Assembly (NCBI GenBank): GCA_963851265.1
Contig: CAWKNZ010000007.1
Location: forward strand, 64,001-128,000
DNA from: an uncultured Gemmatimonadales bacterium
GTDB taxonomy: Bacteria; Gemmatimonadota; Gemmatimonadetes; Gemmatimonadales; Gemmatimonadaceae
Length of the DNA: 64,000 nucleotides
Direction of reading: 5' to 3'
Shown here: piece after piece, positions 27,454 to 37,211 of the stretch
Layout: every line of letters begins with the position of its first letter
Numbering within the stretch: the first letter of the stretch is position 1
Translations under genes and position numbers: made by a program
Notes under the pieces: model-generated
What the model was told of the DNA's origin: nothing
Database searches by the model: none
The model's input: only the letters and a program-made list of their open reading frames with translations

Positions 27454-29055
27454 TCAGGCGGACGCGCGCACGCCGGGCGCGTCCGCGTAGCCCGGGCCAC
27501 GGAAACCTGGGGGCGGCGCGGTCGGTGGCGCGGCCGAGGCGTCCGCGGGATCGACCCGCTGTTCCTCGTGGTACTCGAAGTCGGTATTCACCGCCCACAG
27601 ATCGTGCGACGCCCCACCCATGTTTTCCACGGCGAGCATCGCCGTGTACATGGAGTGATCTTGATTGTTGTACTTGTGCATCCCGTTCCGCCCAACGGTG
27701 TGGAGGTTGGGCACGGCGTCGAGGAGCGTACGCACAACGTCGAGGTGCCCGCGGTAGTAGCTGTCGTAAATCGGATAGGCCTTGGCCATTCGCACGACCG
27801 TACCGTCCACGACGGTGGCGCCGGGTGCGAGGCCGAGCGTCGCGAGCTCTGCGGCGGCGAGTCGGACGAGCGCGGCGTCGTCGCTCGTCCAGAGGCCATC
27901 ACCCTCGAAGCAGAAGTACTCCAGCCCGAGGCACGTGCGTCCAGCATCGGGGACCATCGCGCGGCTCCAGTTGTTGAAGTTCTGGATGCGGCCGACCTTC
28001 ACGCCCGGTGTATGCACGTAGATCCAGTTGTCGGGGAACAGATCCGCTCGGTCCAGCATGAGGGCGACGACGAGGAAGTCGCGGTAGGCAAGCCCCTCGG
28101 CCGCCTCGCGCACGGGCGCGGGCGCCTCGCTGCCGAAGGCGCGCACGAGCGCCCGCAGGTCCGTGGTCGACACCACGTGGTCCGCGGCGAGCCGTTGGGT
28201 GCCGGTCGGGGTCTCCGCAACGACCGCCGTCACCGCACCGTCGCACAGCTCGAGCTTGGTCACGTGGTGCTGCACCAGCACATCGCCCCCCAGCGCCTGC
28301 ACACGCGCCGAGCACGCTTCCCACATCTGGCCGGGGCCGAGGCGCGGGTACTTGAACGTGTGGATGAGCGATTTGATGTCCGTCGCACGCCGGTTGAGGA
28401 CGGTCGCCGACAGGATGGCTCGCGCGAGCGAGAGGCCCTGGATGCGTTGCGCCGCCCACTCGGCACGAATTTCGGTGCATGGCACCCCCCAGACCTTCTC
28501 CGTGTACGTCTTGAAAAAGATCTCGTACAGGCGACGGCCGAACCGGTTGGTCACCCACTGTTCGAACGTCTCCTCGACCGGCGAGGGACGGAGCTGCGCC
28601 TGCGCATAGCTCATCACGATGCGCACGGCGTTCACGACGCCGAGCCCGGACAGCGCGTTCCAGGCACGAAGCGGGTAGTGGAAGTAGCGACCCCCGTAGT
28701 GGATTCGCGAAAGGCGGGGTACGTCGATGAACTCGTCGCCGAGCAGTTCCTCCCACAGGGCCTGAACCGGCGCGATTTTTGTGAAGAAGCGGTGGCCCCC
28801 GATGTCGAAGCGGTACCCCTTGTACCGCGCCGTTTGCGAGATTCCGCCGACGGCGGTGGAGCCCTCGAGTACCGTCACGTGTGCCCCACGCTGAGCGAGC
28901 AGGTAGGCAGCCGTTAGGCCGGCAGGCCCCGCGCCGACGACGATGACGCGGTCTCCCGCGCGAACCCTGCGCACGGAACGGGAAGGTGGTCGGTCCGGAG
29001 GGCCGTCAGATGCAAGTCGCGACCCGGTTGCAGCACCAACGGCCTTCGGTGACAT
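27454..29055 (-). CDS. FAD-dependent oxidoreductase (UDP-galactopyranose mutase/HemY-like fold)
   Basis: VGAGPAGL, DIGGHRFF, YTEKVWG, GRNGMHKYNNQDHS. Confidence 0.85.
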   Translation of the reverse strand: MSPKAVGAATGSRLASDGPPDRPPSRSVRRVRAGDRVIVVGAGPAGLTAAYLLAQRGAHVTVLEGSTAVGGISQTARYKGYRFDIGGHRFFTKIAPVQALWEELLGDEFIDVPRLSRIHYGGRYFHYPLRAWNALSGLGVVNAVRIVMSYAQAQLRPSPVEETFEQWVTNRFGRRLYEIFFKTYTEKVWGVPCTEIRAEWAAQRIQGLSLARAILSATVLNRRATDIKSLIHTFKYPRLGPGQMWEACSARVQALGGDVLVQHHVTKLELCDGAVTAVVAETPTGTQRLAADHVVSTTDLRALVRAFGSEAPAPVREAAEGLAYRDFLVVALMLDRADLFPDNWIYVHTPGVKVGRIQNFNNWSRAMVPDAGRTCLGLEYFCFEGDGLWTSDDAALVRLAAAELATLGLAPGATVVDGTVVRMAKAYPIYDSYYRGHLDVVRTLLDAVPNLHTVGRNGMHKYNNQDHSMYTAMLAVENMGGASHDLWAVNTDFEYHEEQRVDPADASAAPPTAPPPGFRGPGYADAPGVRASA

Positions 29056-29217
29056 GGACGCGAAGCTCTGGTGGCGGGGGGCTGTGATCCGGCGGGCGCA
29101 CTGCTGGCGCGTACCGTCGCCCTGCAACCCGGGTGACGCGCGGCGGCCTATGGTGTGTATGACCGCACTGTCACGCAAGACCACGGTGATTTGCGTCAAA
29201 CCGGCGCGAAAAGCCCG

Positions 29218-29244
29218 TAACTGCTTGTCGTGTCGCGGGTTCCG
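29218..29244 (-). promoter_or_regulatory. Recurrent motif copy 3 (CGGAAC-N17-GTTA), ECF-promoter-like
   Basis: Plus strand TAAC-N18-TTCCG upstream of the 29055 sub-operon. Confidence 0.45.
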
Positions 29245-29311
29245 TCGCACACGAGGGTTATGCGACATCGCGAGTAATCGCGCCACGAAACATCAATGAC
29301 TCAGACTGATA

Positions 29312-30241
29312 CTATCGAATCACATCAGATGTCGCTCGGGCGTCGCGGGCTGTCGTGGAGCGTGCCCGCCCATGTGCTGTGGCGCCGACCGCCTCGCCTG
29401 CCGCCCACGCGGCGGCGAGCACCAGGAATTCGGGCGCGACGTGCAGGGCGTGCGTCGCGCGACCGGATGCCGCGCAGCGTCGTGCCGCGCGCGCGAGCAG
29501 GACGAACGGCACGAGCGGCGTCGCCAGCACCACCTGCCACGTTCGTCGGGCACCGACGTGCACGCGCCACCTCCCCGACTGCCGGCCGTGTAGGTAGCGC
29601 TGTCGTACCAAGCCCCGGAGTGATTCGCCACCAACGAACACGGCGCGCATCTCCCCGCAGAACACCAACCCGTGTCCCGCCGCGCGCAGTCGGTGGTTGC
29701 ACTCAACTTCCCAAAAGCCACGCGCGAGCGCGCCACCGATCGCCAGCAGCGTCGCCCGCCGGTACGCGGCGTTGTCGGCCGCCACGTCCTGCACCTCGGT
29801 ACAACCTGTCACGCGGGGCGGGAGCGCGCCGAATCGCAGCTGGTATATGGCCTGTCCGACGCGCGTCAGGTTGGCACCCGGCGAGATCGGGCCGCCCACG
29901 GCGGTCGCCCCACGCGCGATTGCCGCAATCGCAGCCGTGGCCCAGCCGCGCGACACGGCGCACAGATCCGTCGTGAATGCGACCACCGTGCCGCGCGCGG
30001 CGAGCAGCCCGAGTTCCCACCGCACCGGGACCAGGCTGCCATCCGGTGCTGGAACGACGACGCACGCGGGGTCGGACGCGCCAGCCGCCGGTGCGGCACC
30101 GACCAGCACGTACTCCGCGTCCACGCCCGCGCAGCTCTCGCGAAGCGCACTGAGCCACGCGGGTTCGTCGACGGCCGCGGGAAGTGCGCCGCGCCGTGAA
30201 GTGCACGCCACGACGACGCTCAGCGCCGGCGCCGCGTTCAC
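29312..30241 (-). CDS. GT2-like protein (degenerate paralog of 34342 and 35264 genes)
   Basis: LSVVVAC, AVGGPI, DNAAYRR, FWEVECN, QRYLHGR, AWAAGEAVG. Confidence 0.75.
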   Translation of the reverse strand: MNAAPALSVVVACTSRRGALPAAVDEPAWLSALRESCAGVDAEYVLVGAAPAAGASDPACVVVPAPDGSLVPVRWELGLLAARGTVVAFTTDLCAVSRGWATAAIAAIARGATAVGGPISPGANLTRVGQAIYQLRFGALPPRVTGCTEVQDVAADNAAYRRATLLAIGGALARGFWEVECNHRLRAAGHGLVFCGEMRAVFVGGESLRGLVRQRYLHGRQSGRWRVHVGARRTWQVVLATPLVPFVLLARAARRCAASGRATHALHVAPEFLVLAAAWAAGEAVGATAHGRARSTTARDARATSDVIR

Positions 30242-31272
30242 GCCGCTACCTCGCCGACTCGGCCGTTGACGCGGTCGGTGATCCGATCGCCGACGCGGTC
30301 GAGCGCACGCGCCACGCCGAGCGTCTCCGCCGGCGTGATCGGCGCCGGTCCGCGGCCCTCGACGGCTGCATACATGCGCCGCACGAGTTCGCGCAATCCC
30401 GGATACGCTGACTCGCGCCGTACCGCACGCACCGCGAGGTTGGCCGCAGCGGCCGCGCCGCTACGTGCCGCGTCCACGAACGGGTGTGCGATCTTGAACG
30501 CCCGCGTCGGCTCGCCGCGGATGACCACAGTGTATCCGTGAAACAGATCGAGCCGGATCGTCCCGCGGGGGCCGACGAGTTGCAGCGTGTTGCGCGTGGG
30601 ACGACCGCGGGTCGAGACCACGATCCCCACCGAAGCCGCGCCGAGCGCGCCGGACAAACGCAGCTCGCCGGGTGCGAGATACGTCACGTCCCACGCGACC
30701 GCACCGATCGCAGGGTCGACGAGGCGAGTGAGTAGCGACAGCGGGTGCGGGAGGATCCCGAGCGCGAGGCGGTCGCGATCGGCGTCGGACTCACCGTCCG
30801 CACCTGCGGTGCAGGCGACGGCGTCGACGTGCAGCACGGGCCCGATGCTCGCGAGCAGATGGCGTGCGTGCAATACGCCGCGCTGAAACAGGTACTGGTG
30901 TACGGGAACGACGAGCTGCCCCGCGCGTTCGCCGCGAGCGAGCAGTGACGCGACGGTCTCCGCACGCTCGGCGAGCGGCTTCTCGACCAGCGCGTGGCAC
31001 CCCGCGCTCAACGCCGCGGCCGCGAGCGCCGCGTGCGTGCCGACCGGCGTGCAGACGTGCACCACGTCGCCCGCACGCACGACCGCTCCGAGCGTCTCGG
31101 TCGCGCGCGCACCCGGGAGCCGCGCGGCGAGCGCGCGCGCGCGCGCCGGATCCGCGTCGACCACGGCCGCCACCGCGCGCCCTGCGCGCCGGACGGCGTC
31201 CGAGTGCCAGTGCCCCATCAGCCCGGCCCCGACGATGATCGCACGCGGGTCGGGCCGATCGTCCGAGGTCAC
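30238..31272 (-). CDS. Gfo/Idh/MocA oxidoreductase
   Basis: VGAGLMG, VCTP..H, LVEKP. Confidence 0.88.
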   Translation of the reverse strand: MTSDDRPDPRAIIVGAGLMGHWHSDAVRRAGRAVAAVVDADPARARALAARLPGARATETLGAVVRAGDVVHVCTPVGTHAALAAAALSAGCHALVEKPLAERAETVASLLARGERAGQLVVPVHQYLFQRGVLHARHLLASIGPVLHVDAVACTAGADGESDADRDRLALGILPHPLSLLTRLVDPAIGAVAWDVTYLAPGELRLSGALGAASVGIVVSTRGRPTRNTLQLVGPRGTIRLDLFHGYTVVIRGEPTRAFKIAHPFVDAARSGAAAAANLAVRAVRRESAYPGLRELVRRMYAAVEGRGPAPITPAETLGVARALDRVGDRITDRVNGRVGEVAA

Positions 31273-32459
31273 GTGGGTGTTGCTCCGACGGGGCTGAGCG
31301 TCGGCGCGCTTGGCAGGGTCCCGCCGGTCGCAGGCGGGAACGGCCGCGTGGCGATGGGCGCGGCGGCGCCCATGCGCATATCGTAGGTCGCGCGCGCGGC
31401 GTCGGTATCGAGCACCACGCGCGCGCCCGACGCGGCCGACAGGTAACAGGCCGCGATCACCTCGAGCACGTCGCGCCCCGCGTGCGCGCTCGCCGGCGGT
31501 TCGCTCCCGTCTCGGAACGCGGCGAACGACCGCGCGAGGACGGCGCGAGTCGCGACCATCCCGGGATCTCGAGGGTTGCGGGCGAGCATCGTGCGGCGAT
31601 TGTCGACCTCGCGCCAGGCGATCCCCGCGACACCAAAATCGAGTCGGAGGTGGGGCCGCGTGCTGCGATGCAGCCCGGCCGTGACGCGCGCCCGGCCACC
31701 GAACGAGGCACGCAGCGACGCATTCGTGGTCTCCGCGCGCACTTCGAAGTATTGCGTCTCACCTTTGCACAGCCGGTTCTGGACGACCTGTGCCAGGCGC
31801 CCGCGCGAGAACTCCAGAGTCACGAGTGCGACCGCGTCGGTCGCGCCTTCGCGCACGCCGCAGGTCGACGTCGTAGCCGAGACCGCACGCGGCCGCTCGC
31901 CGAACAACGCGATGAGGAAGTCCACGAGGTGCACGCCGGCCTCGTAGAGCGTGCGCTGCAGCATCTGGCCTCGCCACCCCGGCTCCGCCCAGGGGGGCAG
32001 GTCCATGAGCTGCCACACCTGCGCAAACACCATCGACGCGGGCGGTGCCGCGTCGCGGATCGCGCGGAAGATCGGCATCTCCCGGAACTCGTGATTGAGC
32101 GCCACCTGCCGGCCCGCGCTGGCAGCGGCCTCGATCACCCGGTCGGCCTCTTCGACGCTCGACACGAACGGCTTCTCGCACAACACGTGGGCGCCGGCCG
32201 CGAGTGCGCGCACCGCGTAGTCCGCGTGCGTGTCAGGCGGGGTTGCGACGATCACGACTTCGGCCGCGGTCTCCGCGAGCATCCGGTCAAAGCTCTCGAA
32301 CGTCGGCATGTGAAACGTCTGCGCAGCGCGATCGCGGCGTGCCGGGTCGAGGTCGCAAGCACCGACGATCTTGGTGTCGGGCAGGCCGGCGAGTGCGGGC
32401 AGATGCAGCGTCAGCCCGGCGTTGCCGAGACCGACGAGGGCGACGCGAAACGGCGGCAT
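31269..32459 (-). CDS. Gfo/Idh/MocA oxidoreductase
   Basis: VGLGNAG, ATPPDTH, LCEKP, GVHLVD. Confidence 0.9.
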   Translation of the reverse strand: MPPFRVALVGLGNAGLTLHLPALAGLPDTKIVGACDLDPARRDRAAQTFHMPTFESFDRMLAETAAEVVIVATPPDTHADYAVRALAAGAHVLCEKPFVSSVEEADRVIEAAASAGRQVALNHEFREMPIFRAIRDAAPPASMVFAQVWQLMDLPPWAEPGWRGQMLQRTLYEAGVHLVDFLIALFGERPRAVSATTSTCGVREGATDAVALVTLEFSRGRLAQVVQNRLCKGETQYFEVRAETTNASLRASFGGRARVTAGLHRSTRPHLRLDFGVAGIAWREVDNRRTMLARNPRDPGMVATRAVLARSFAAFRDGSEPPASAHAGRDVLEVIAACYLSAASGARVVLDTDAARATYDMRMGAAAPIATRPFPPATGGTLPSAPTLSPVGATPT

Positions 32460-32501
32460 GCGAGTGGGGAGCTAGGAGAGGAGGGAGCGCAACCAGCGGG
32501 A

Positions 32502-33281
32502 TCATCCAGGGGTGCGGCAGAGAGCGAGGAGGGTGCGACCGATCGGGAGGCGAATGCCGGCTGCCACGGCCCGTCCTTCGACCCGGAGCCAGTGCGCCTT
32601 GAGCACATCCGCGCGCCCGGCGGCACCTGGCGTCGCGAGCAGGCCGTGGTAGCCCGCGTCGCCCGCCGCGCGCCGCGCGCGCAATTCGCGCGGGATCTCG
32701 GCCAGGCCGAGAAGTGCGTTGATGCGACTCAGACGCAGCACCTCAAAGCCGGCCTGCGTCAGCTTCCGTCGCAATTCGTTCGGCTCGTACTTGTGGAATG
32801 CGGCCTCGGCATCGTCGGCCGCGTGCGGAATCGCCTGCGCGTTGGTGCGGATGAACAGCACACCGCCCGGCACTAGCACGCGGCGCATCTCGGTGAGCGC
32901 CGTCGCATCGCCTCCGCCGAGTGGCAGATGCTGCAGGACGTCCAGCGTGACCACGAGCGACACCGACGCATCCTCGGCGGGCAGCGCCAGCGCAGTGCCG
33001 AGCACCGCGTCCTCGCCGAGCGCACGGGCCGCCTGCACGGCCGTGTCCGCGACGTCGACGCCGCGAAACCGCCATGCCGGGAGGAGCGACCGCAGCCACG
33101 ACATCGTCTGCCCCGATCCGCAGCCCACGTCGAGCGCCATCCCCGTGGCCGGGAGCGCGGCGACGCGGAGGAGGCGCGCGGCGACGTCACGCATGCCGGC
33201 GTTCCACCAGGATCCCGCCTCGAGCGCACGCATGCGCGCGTAGTAGTCGGGGGCAAAGATGCGCGGCGCTTCGGTCGTCAT
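32502..33281 (-). CDS. Class I SAM-dependent methyltransferase
   Basis: LDVGCGSG, DVLQH, RRVLVPGG. Confidence 0.9.
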   Translation of the reverse strand: MTTEAPRIFAPDYYARMRALEAGSWWNAGMRDVAARLLRVAALPATGMALDVGCGSGQTMSWLRSLLPAWRFRGVDVADTAVQAARALGEDAVLGTALALPAEDASVSLVVTLDVLQHLPLGGGDATALTEMRRVLVPGGVLFIRTNAQAIPHAADDAEAAFHKYEPNELRRKLTQAGFEVLRLSRINALLGLAEIPRELRARRAAGDAGYHGLLATPGAAGRADVLKAHWLRVEGRAVAAGIRLPIGRTLLALCRTPG

Positions 33282-34348
33282 CGCGGATCGCGGGTGAGCG
33301 GGGCGGGGGTGAGCGAAGCCCGTGTGGCATGCGACCGGCCAGGGGCCATACCGGACGCGTCGAGAAGTGGGGCGATCTGTGCGAGGCCGGCCGCGACGGC
33401 CGGAACGCGACGCGCCCACGCGTAGATGGGGGCGATCCGACGACCGGCTGGGCCGAGGCGGTCCCGATCGGACGACAGCATGGACGCCGGCGTGACGGCG
33501 ACGTCGCCGAACCCCGCCCGACGCATCGCGCGGCTGATTTCGCGCGCCGAAAGCGGCCGGTGGTGCAGGTAGCGTTCACCGCTCCACCAGCGCACGTACG
33601 CATCGGCCCATCGCCGCGGGACCAACCCGACGCCCCACACGCCGACATGCGGTTCGGGGAGCAGCGAGAATCGGTTGGTCGTTCGCACCCACGCATCGCC
33701 GCCGGCGGCGAGGACGCGCGCCGATTCGGACACCACGACATCGGCGCGCTGGCAGTGTTCCAGCGTCCCGACCGACACCACGCGCGCGAAGCATCCGTCG
33801 CGAAAGGGTAGCGCCTCGCCGTTCGCGCAAATCAGGCGTTGCGCGCCCGACGCGAGCGCAGGCCGCCGCCGGGCGAGCACGAGCCAGCGCATCGCGACGT
33901 CGACGCCGACGGCTGGCACGCCGCGCGCCGCGCACGCCGCGAGCAGATCGCCGCTCGCACACCCGATCTCGAGCCACGGCCCAGACGCCGCCACGTGGGC
34001 CGTGCGATCGACCATGTCGAGCCACTCGGTCGCGCGGCGTTCTCCGGCGACGACGTGCGCCGTAAAACGACTGGCGAGCGCTGGCGGCGTCCCGGGTGTC
34101 ATCGCCCAGTATGCGGCGACGCTCGTCGCGAGGTCCTCACCTTCGGAGGCGGCGACCACCCGCCGCGCCTTCTCGCGGTCCGCCTCCAACCCGATCCACG
34201 GGTCGGGCTCGACGCGGAAGTCGGGGATGCCGAGCACGATCGGGTACTCCGCGGCACACGGGGCACAGTGGTACGCGTTACGATCGCCACTGAGCGCGCC
34301 GCGACAGCGCGGGCATACGAACTCGGGAAACGACGGCGCGGTCAGCAT
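33278..34348 (-). CDS. SAM-dependent methyltransferase with N-terminal Trm112-like zinc finger
   Basis: CPRC...CAPC..YPIVLGIPDF; LEIGCASG; LPFRDG; RVLAAGG. Confidence 0.85.
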   Translation of the reverse strand: MLTAPSFPEFVCPRCRGALSGDRNAYHCAPCAAEYPIVLGIPDFRVEPDPWIGLEADREKARRVVAASEGEDLATSVAAYWAMTPGTPPALASRFTAHVVAGERRATEWLDMVDRTAHVAASGPWLEIGCASGDLLAACAARGVPAVGVDVAMRWLVLARRRPALASGAQRLICANGEALPFRDGCFARVVSVGTLEHCQRADVVVSESARVLAAGGDAWVRTTNRFSLLPEPHVGVWGVGLVPRRWADAYVRWWSGERYLHHRPLSAREISRAMRRAGFGDVAVTPASMLSSDRDRLGPAGRRIAPIYAWARRVPAVAAGLAQIAPLLDASGMAPGRSHATRASLTPAPLTRDPR

Positions 34349-35277
34349 ACGCGTTCGAGTGCGTCGCCCGAACCGAACCATGAGCCGACGACCTCGCCAG
34401 CCGCCCAGGCGCACACGAACAGCGCGATCAGTGGCAGCCCCCGCAGCAGCTCAACGCGGTGCCTGCGCTTGGCGCTGACGCGCGCCACCGTGCGCCAGAA
34501 CAAAAGTGGCGGCAGCCCCGCCGATGCGGCCCCGTACGCGAGGCGTTTGCCGACGCCGGCCGTCGCGACGCGCGCACCGGCGTACGACCGCGCGTACAGG
34601 TAGCGCTGCGTCAAATATTCGCGGATCGTGTAACGCTTCAGATGCCCGACCCGGATCTCGGGCCTGCAGGTGAGCGCGACGCCGTCGGCGTGCAACATCG
34701 CATGCAGGTGGTTCTCCCACTGGTCCGGCCGGAGGCGGTCGGCGTACCGCGCGAGCAGTGCGCGCGGGTAAACCACGTTGTTTCCCGTCAGCCAGTCCGT
34801 GGGGCCCGCCGCGAGCGGTGGCAGGCAGTGACTGTACTCGCAGAGAAACGCCGCCCAGTCGACCACCCGCTCCGTCGCGGCGTTCTCGACGGATCCGCCC
34901 ACCACCGGCGCGTCGCGTTGGGCATCGAGGAGCGCGCGCGCCCACCCGGCAGGGACGATCACGTGATCTTCGATGACCGCGACGGAGTCGCCGTGGGCGC
35001 GTGCGAACGCGAGGTGCCGCATGCCCGGGATCGTGGTCGTCGGCGGCACGGCGAGCAGTCGCGCGCGCGGGAAGGCCGCGCGCACGTGGGCGCGCACGGC
35101 CTCGCCGCACCGGTCGACGACGAGCACCTCGAGTCGCACGTCGCGCGAGTGGGCCGTGAGCGCGTCGAGGCAGCCGCGAAGATCGCCCCAGCCGTTCACG
35201 CTCGGCACGACCACGGACAGCTCGACCGCCGACGGCGGACCCGCGGCACCGCCCGTCGGCGCGTCAGCCAGCGTCAT
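34342..35277 (-). CDS. GT2 glycosyltransferase (EDH-type)
   Basis: LSVVVPS, VIEDH, VVGGSVEN, DWAAFLCEY, GNNVVY, WENHLH, WAAGEVVG. Confidence 0.85.
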   Translation of the reverse strand: MTLADAPTGGAAGPPSAVELSVVVPSVNGWGDLRGCLDALTAHSRDVRLEVLVVDRCGEAVRAHVRAAFPRARLLAVPPTTTIPGMRHLAFARAHGDSVAVIEDHVIVPAGWARALLDAQRDAPVVGGSVENAATERVVDWAAFLCEYSHCLPPLAAGPTDWLTGNNVVYPRALLARYADRLRPDQWENHLHAMLHADGVALTCRPEIRVGHLKRYTIREYLTQRYLYARSYAGARVATAGVGKRLAYGAASAGLPPLLFWRTVARVSAKRRHRVELLRGLPLIALFVCAWAAGEVVGSWFGSGDALERVC

Positions 35278-36187
35278 GCACGTACCCCGCGAGTTCTCCG
35301 GCCGACCAAGCAGCCAGAAACGCGACGGTGAACGGCAACGCGCGCGCGAACGCCTGCGGCCGTTGACGCGCGGCGGCGCGCGCGACGCGCCACGTGAGCA
35401 CGGCGGGCAGCACGGGTGTGCTCGCCGCGCGGAGCCATCGACGCTCGGCGCCGGTCTCGCGCAACCGGGCGCGCGCATAGTCGCGGCCGTGCTCGAATCG
35501 ATCGCGCACGAACGGCGCGAACGCGTAGTGCAGGTCTTGCGCGACCCGCGCGTCGGGCGCGTAGCGCAGCGCGGCCCCCGACGCGGCGAGTCGGTCGTGC
35601 ACCACGTTCTCCCAGGCACCGGCGCACATCCACGCGGCGACTCGGTCGACCACCGGACGCGCGTACGCCACGTTGGCGGCCGTGATCCGTCGGTCCGCGT
35701 CGGCCGGGGTCGCGGCCGCGCCGAACGCGCTCGCAAAAAACCCGTACTCCGCGAAGTAGGCGCCCCAATCGATCGCGCGCGCGCGACGTCCATTGTCCAT
35801 GCCACCACCCACGACGTCGGCACGGGTCTCCCGTGCGGCGGCGCTGAGGGTCGAGACCCAGTCGGGCGCGGGGACACAGTGATCTTCGGTGAGCAGCACC
35901 ACGTCGCCGCGCGCGGCCGCCAGCCCGGCGCCGCGAAGGCGGGGAATGTCGGCGCCCGGCTCCGCGAAAACGACGCGCACGCGCGGCTCGGGATCCCCGA
36001 TCGATGCGACGCCGTCGTCACGTCCGGCTCGCACCAGGAGGAGTTCGGCGTCGTGCGCCACGCATTGCGGCACGAGCGACGCGAGACACGCATCGAGCAC
36101 CGAGCGCCGACGCGGTGAGGCCACGACGACGGAGAGGTGCCGCGACGTCGCTGAAGCGATCGAACTGCTGCGGTTATCGAGGGCCAC
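35264..36187 (-). CDS. GT2 glycosyltransferase (EDH-type)
   Basis: LSVVVAS, LTEDH, VVGGGMDN, DWGAYFAEY, WENVVH, WSAGELAG; start uncertain. Confidence 0.82.
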   Translation of the reverse strand: MALDNRSSSIASATSRHLSVVVASPRRRSVLDACLASLVPQCVAHDAELLLVRAGRDDGVASIGDPEPRVRVVFAEPGADIPRLRGAGLAAARGDVVLLTEDHCVPAPDWVSTLSAAARETRADVVGGGMDNGRRARAIDWGAYFAEYGFFASAFGAAATPADADRRITAANVAYARPVVDRVAAWMCAGAWENVVHDRLAASGAALRYAPDARVAQDLHYAFAPFVRDRFEHGRDYARARLRETGAERRWLRAASTPVLPAVLTWRVARAAARQRPQAFARALPFTVAFLAAWSAGELAGYVHDAG

Positions 36188-36439
36188 GAGCGGTGTCTGA
36201 GAGACGATCCCGTGCGTGCGATGCGCCAATGTGTGGGCGAATCCGCACGCTGTCCATACCGCGACCTTCGCGAGCCGCCGGACTGCGGTGGTTGCGGTAT
36301 GCGCCGATCGCCCGTATTGTCGCGTCGCGCGACATTCCTCATCCGACATGCGCGCATCCACACACCCGTTGGTCCCACCCGGGATCACCATACCCGTGTG
36401 CGTTGCGCCACGCGCGTCGCACCACGCGAGGACGATGTG

Positions 36440-37210
36440 ATGAGCGCTGTGTCCGACGTGGCGGCTGCGGTCGCACACGGCGATCAGCCCGCAGCGGATC
36501 GCGACTTCTGGGCCGGGCAGTGGACGGCGATGGGCATCGAACCGCCGGACGCGCCGACGTGGTTCAACGACCGCGATCGCATGCTGCTCGACTTTCTCGC
36601 GCCCTACCTCCCCGAGCGCGGCACCGTCGCGGAGCTCGGGTGCGGCTCGGCACGACTTCTCGCGCGCATCGGCCTCCATCGGCCGGATCTTCGGCTCGTC
36701 GCCGTCGATTACGAGGCGTCCGCACTCGATCTCGTCCGCGCCTCGTCGCACGTGTATGGGGTCCCGATCGAAACCTGCCTCGACGACGTCAATCACCTGT
36801 CGTTCGCGGACGCGAGCTTCGACATGGTGCTCTCGGGCGGACTCCTCGAGCACTTCGTCGACCCGACCAAAGCGCTCGGCGAGATGGTGCGTACGCTCAA
36901 ACCGGGCGGCACCTTCTACGCGGCGGTCGTGCCGCGAAAATTGTTCTCGCTGCACCGGCCGCTCCATCGCTGGCGCGGTCCGCAAGTGTTCCGTACCACA
37001 CACAACGCGTATCAGTACGCGGAGTGGCTGCGTGCCCTCGGCATGCGCGACGTCGTCCCGCTCACGAAAGGCGTCTACCCGCCATTGTTCTATCACCTGC
37101 CGCCGGCCCCGAGGCGGGCAATCGAGCGCACGCTGCGACACCTCGACGGGTCCTGGGTTGCGGACCGTCTGGGGTACTTCTTCGTCCTTGCCGGTCGCAA
37201 GCCGCGCTAG
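36440..37210 (+). CDS. Class I SAM-dependent methyltransferase
   Basis: ELGCGS, FADASFD, LLEH, LKPGG. Confidence 0.9.
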   Translation: MSAVSDVAAAVAHGDQPAADRDFWAGQWTAMGIEPPDAPTWFNDRDRMLLDFLAPYLPERGTVAELGCGSARLLARIGLHRPDLRLVAVDYEASALDLVRASSHVYGVPIETCLDDVNHLSFADASFDMVLSGGLLEHFVDPTKALGEMVRTLKPGGTFYAAVVPRKLFSLHRPLHRWRGPQVFRTTHNAYQYAEWLRALGMRDVVPLTKGVYPPLFYHLPPAPRRAIERTLRHLDGSWVADRLGYFFVLAGRKPR

Positions 37211-37211
37211 C

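Noticed and set aside
29122..29138. Sigma-54-like sequences on the minus strand (CGTCACCCGGGTTGCA; also CAGCATGCCTCTTGC near 47746-47760)
   Set aside because: Both lack the invariant GG at -24
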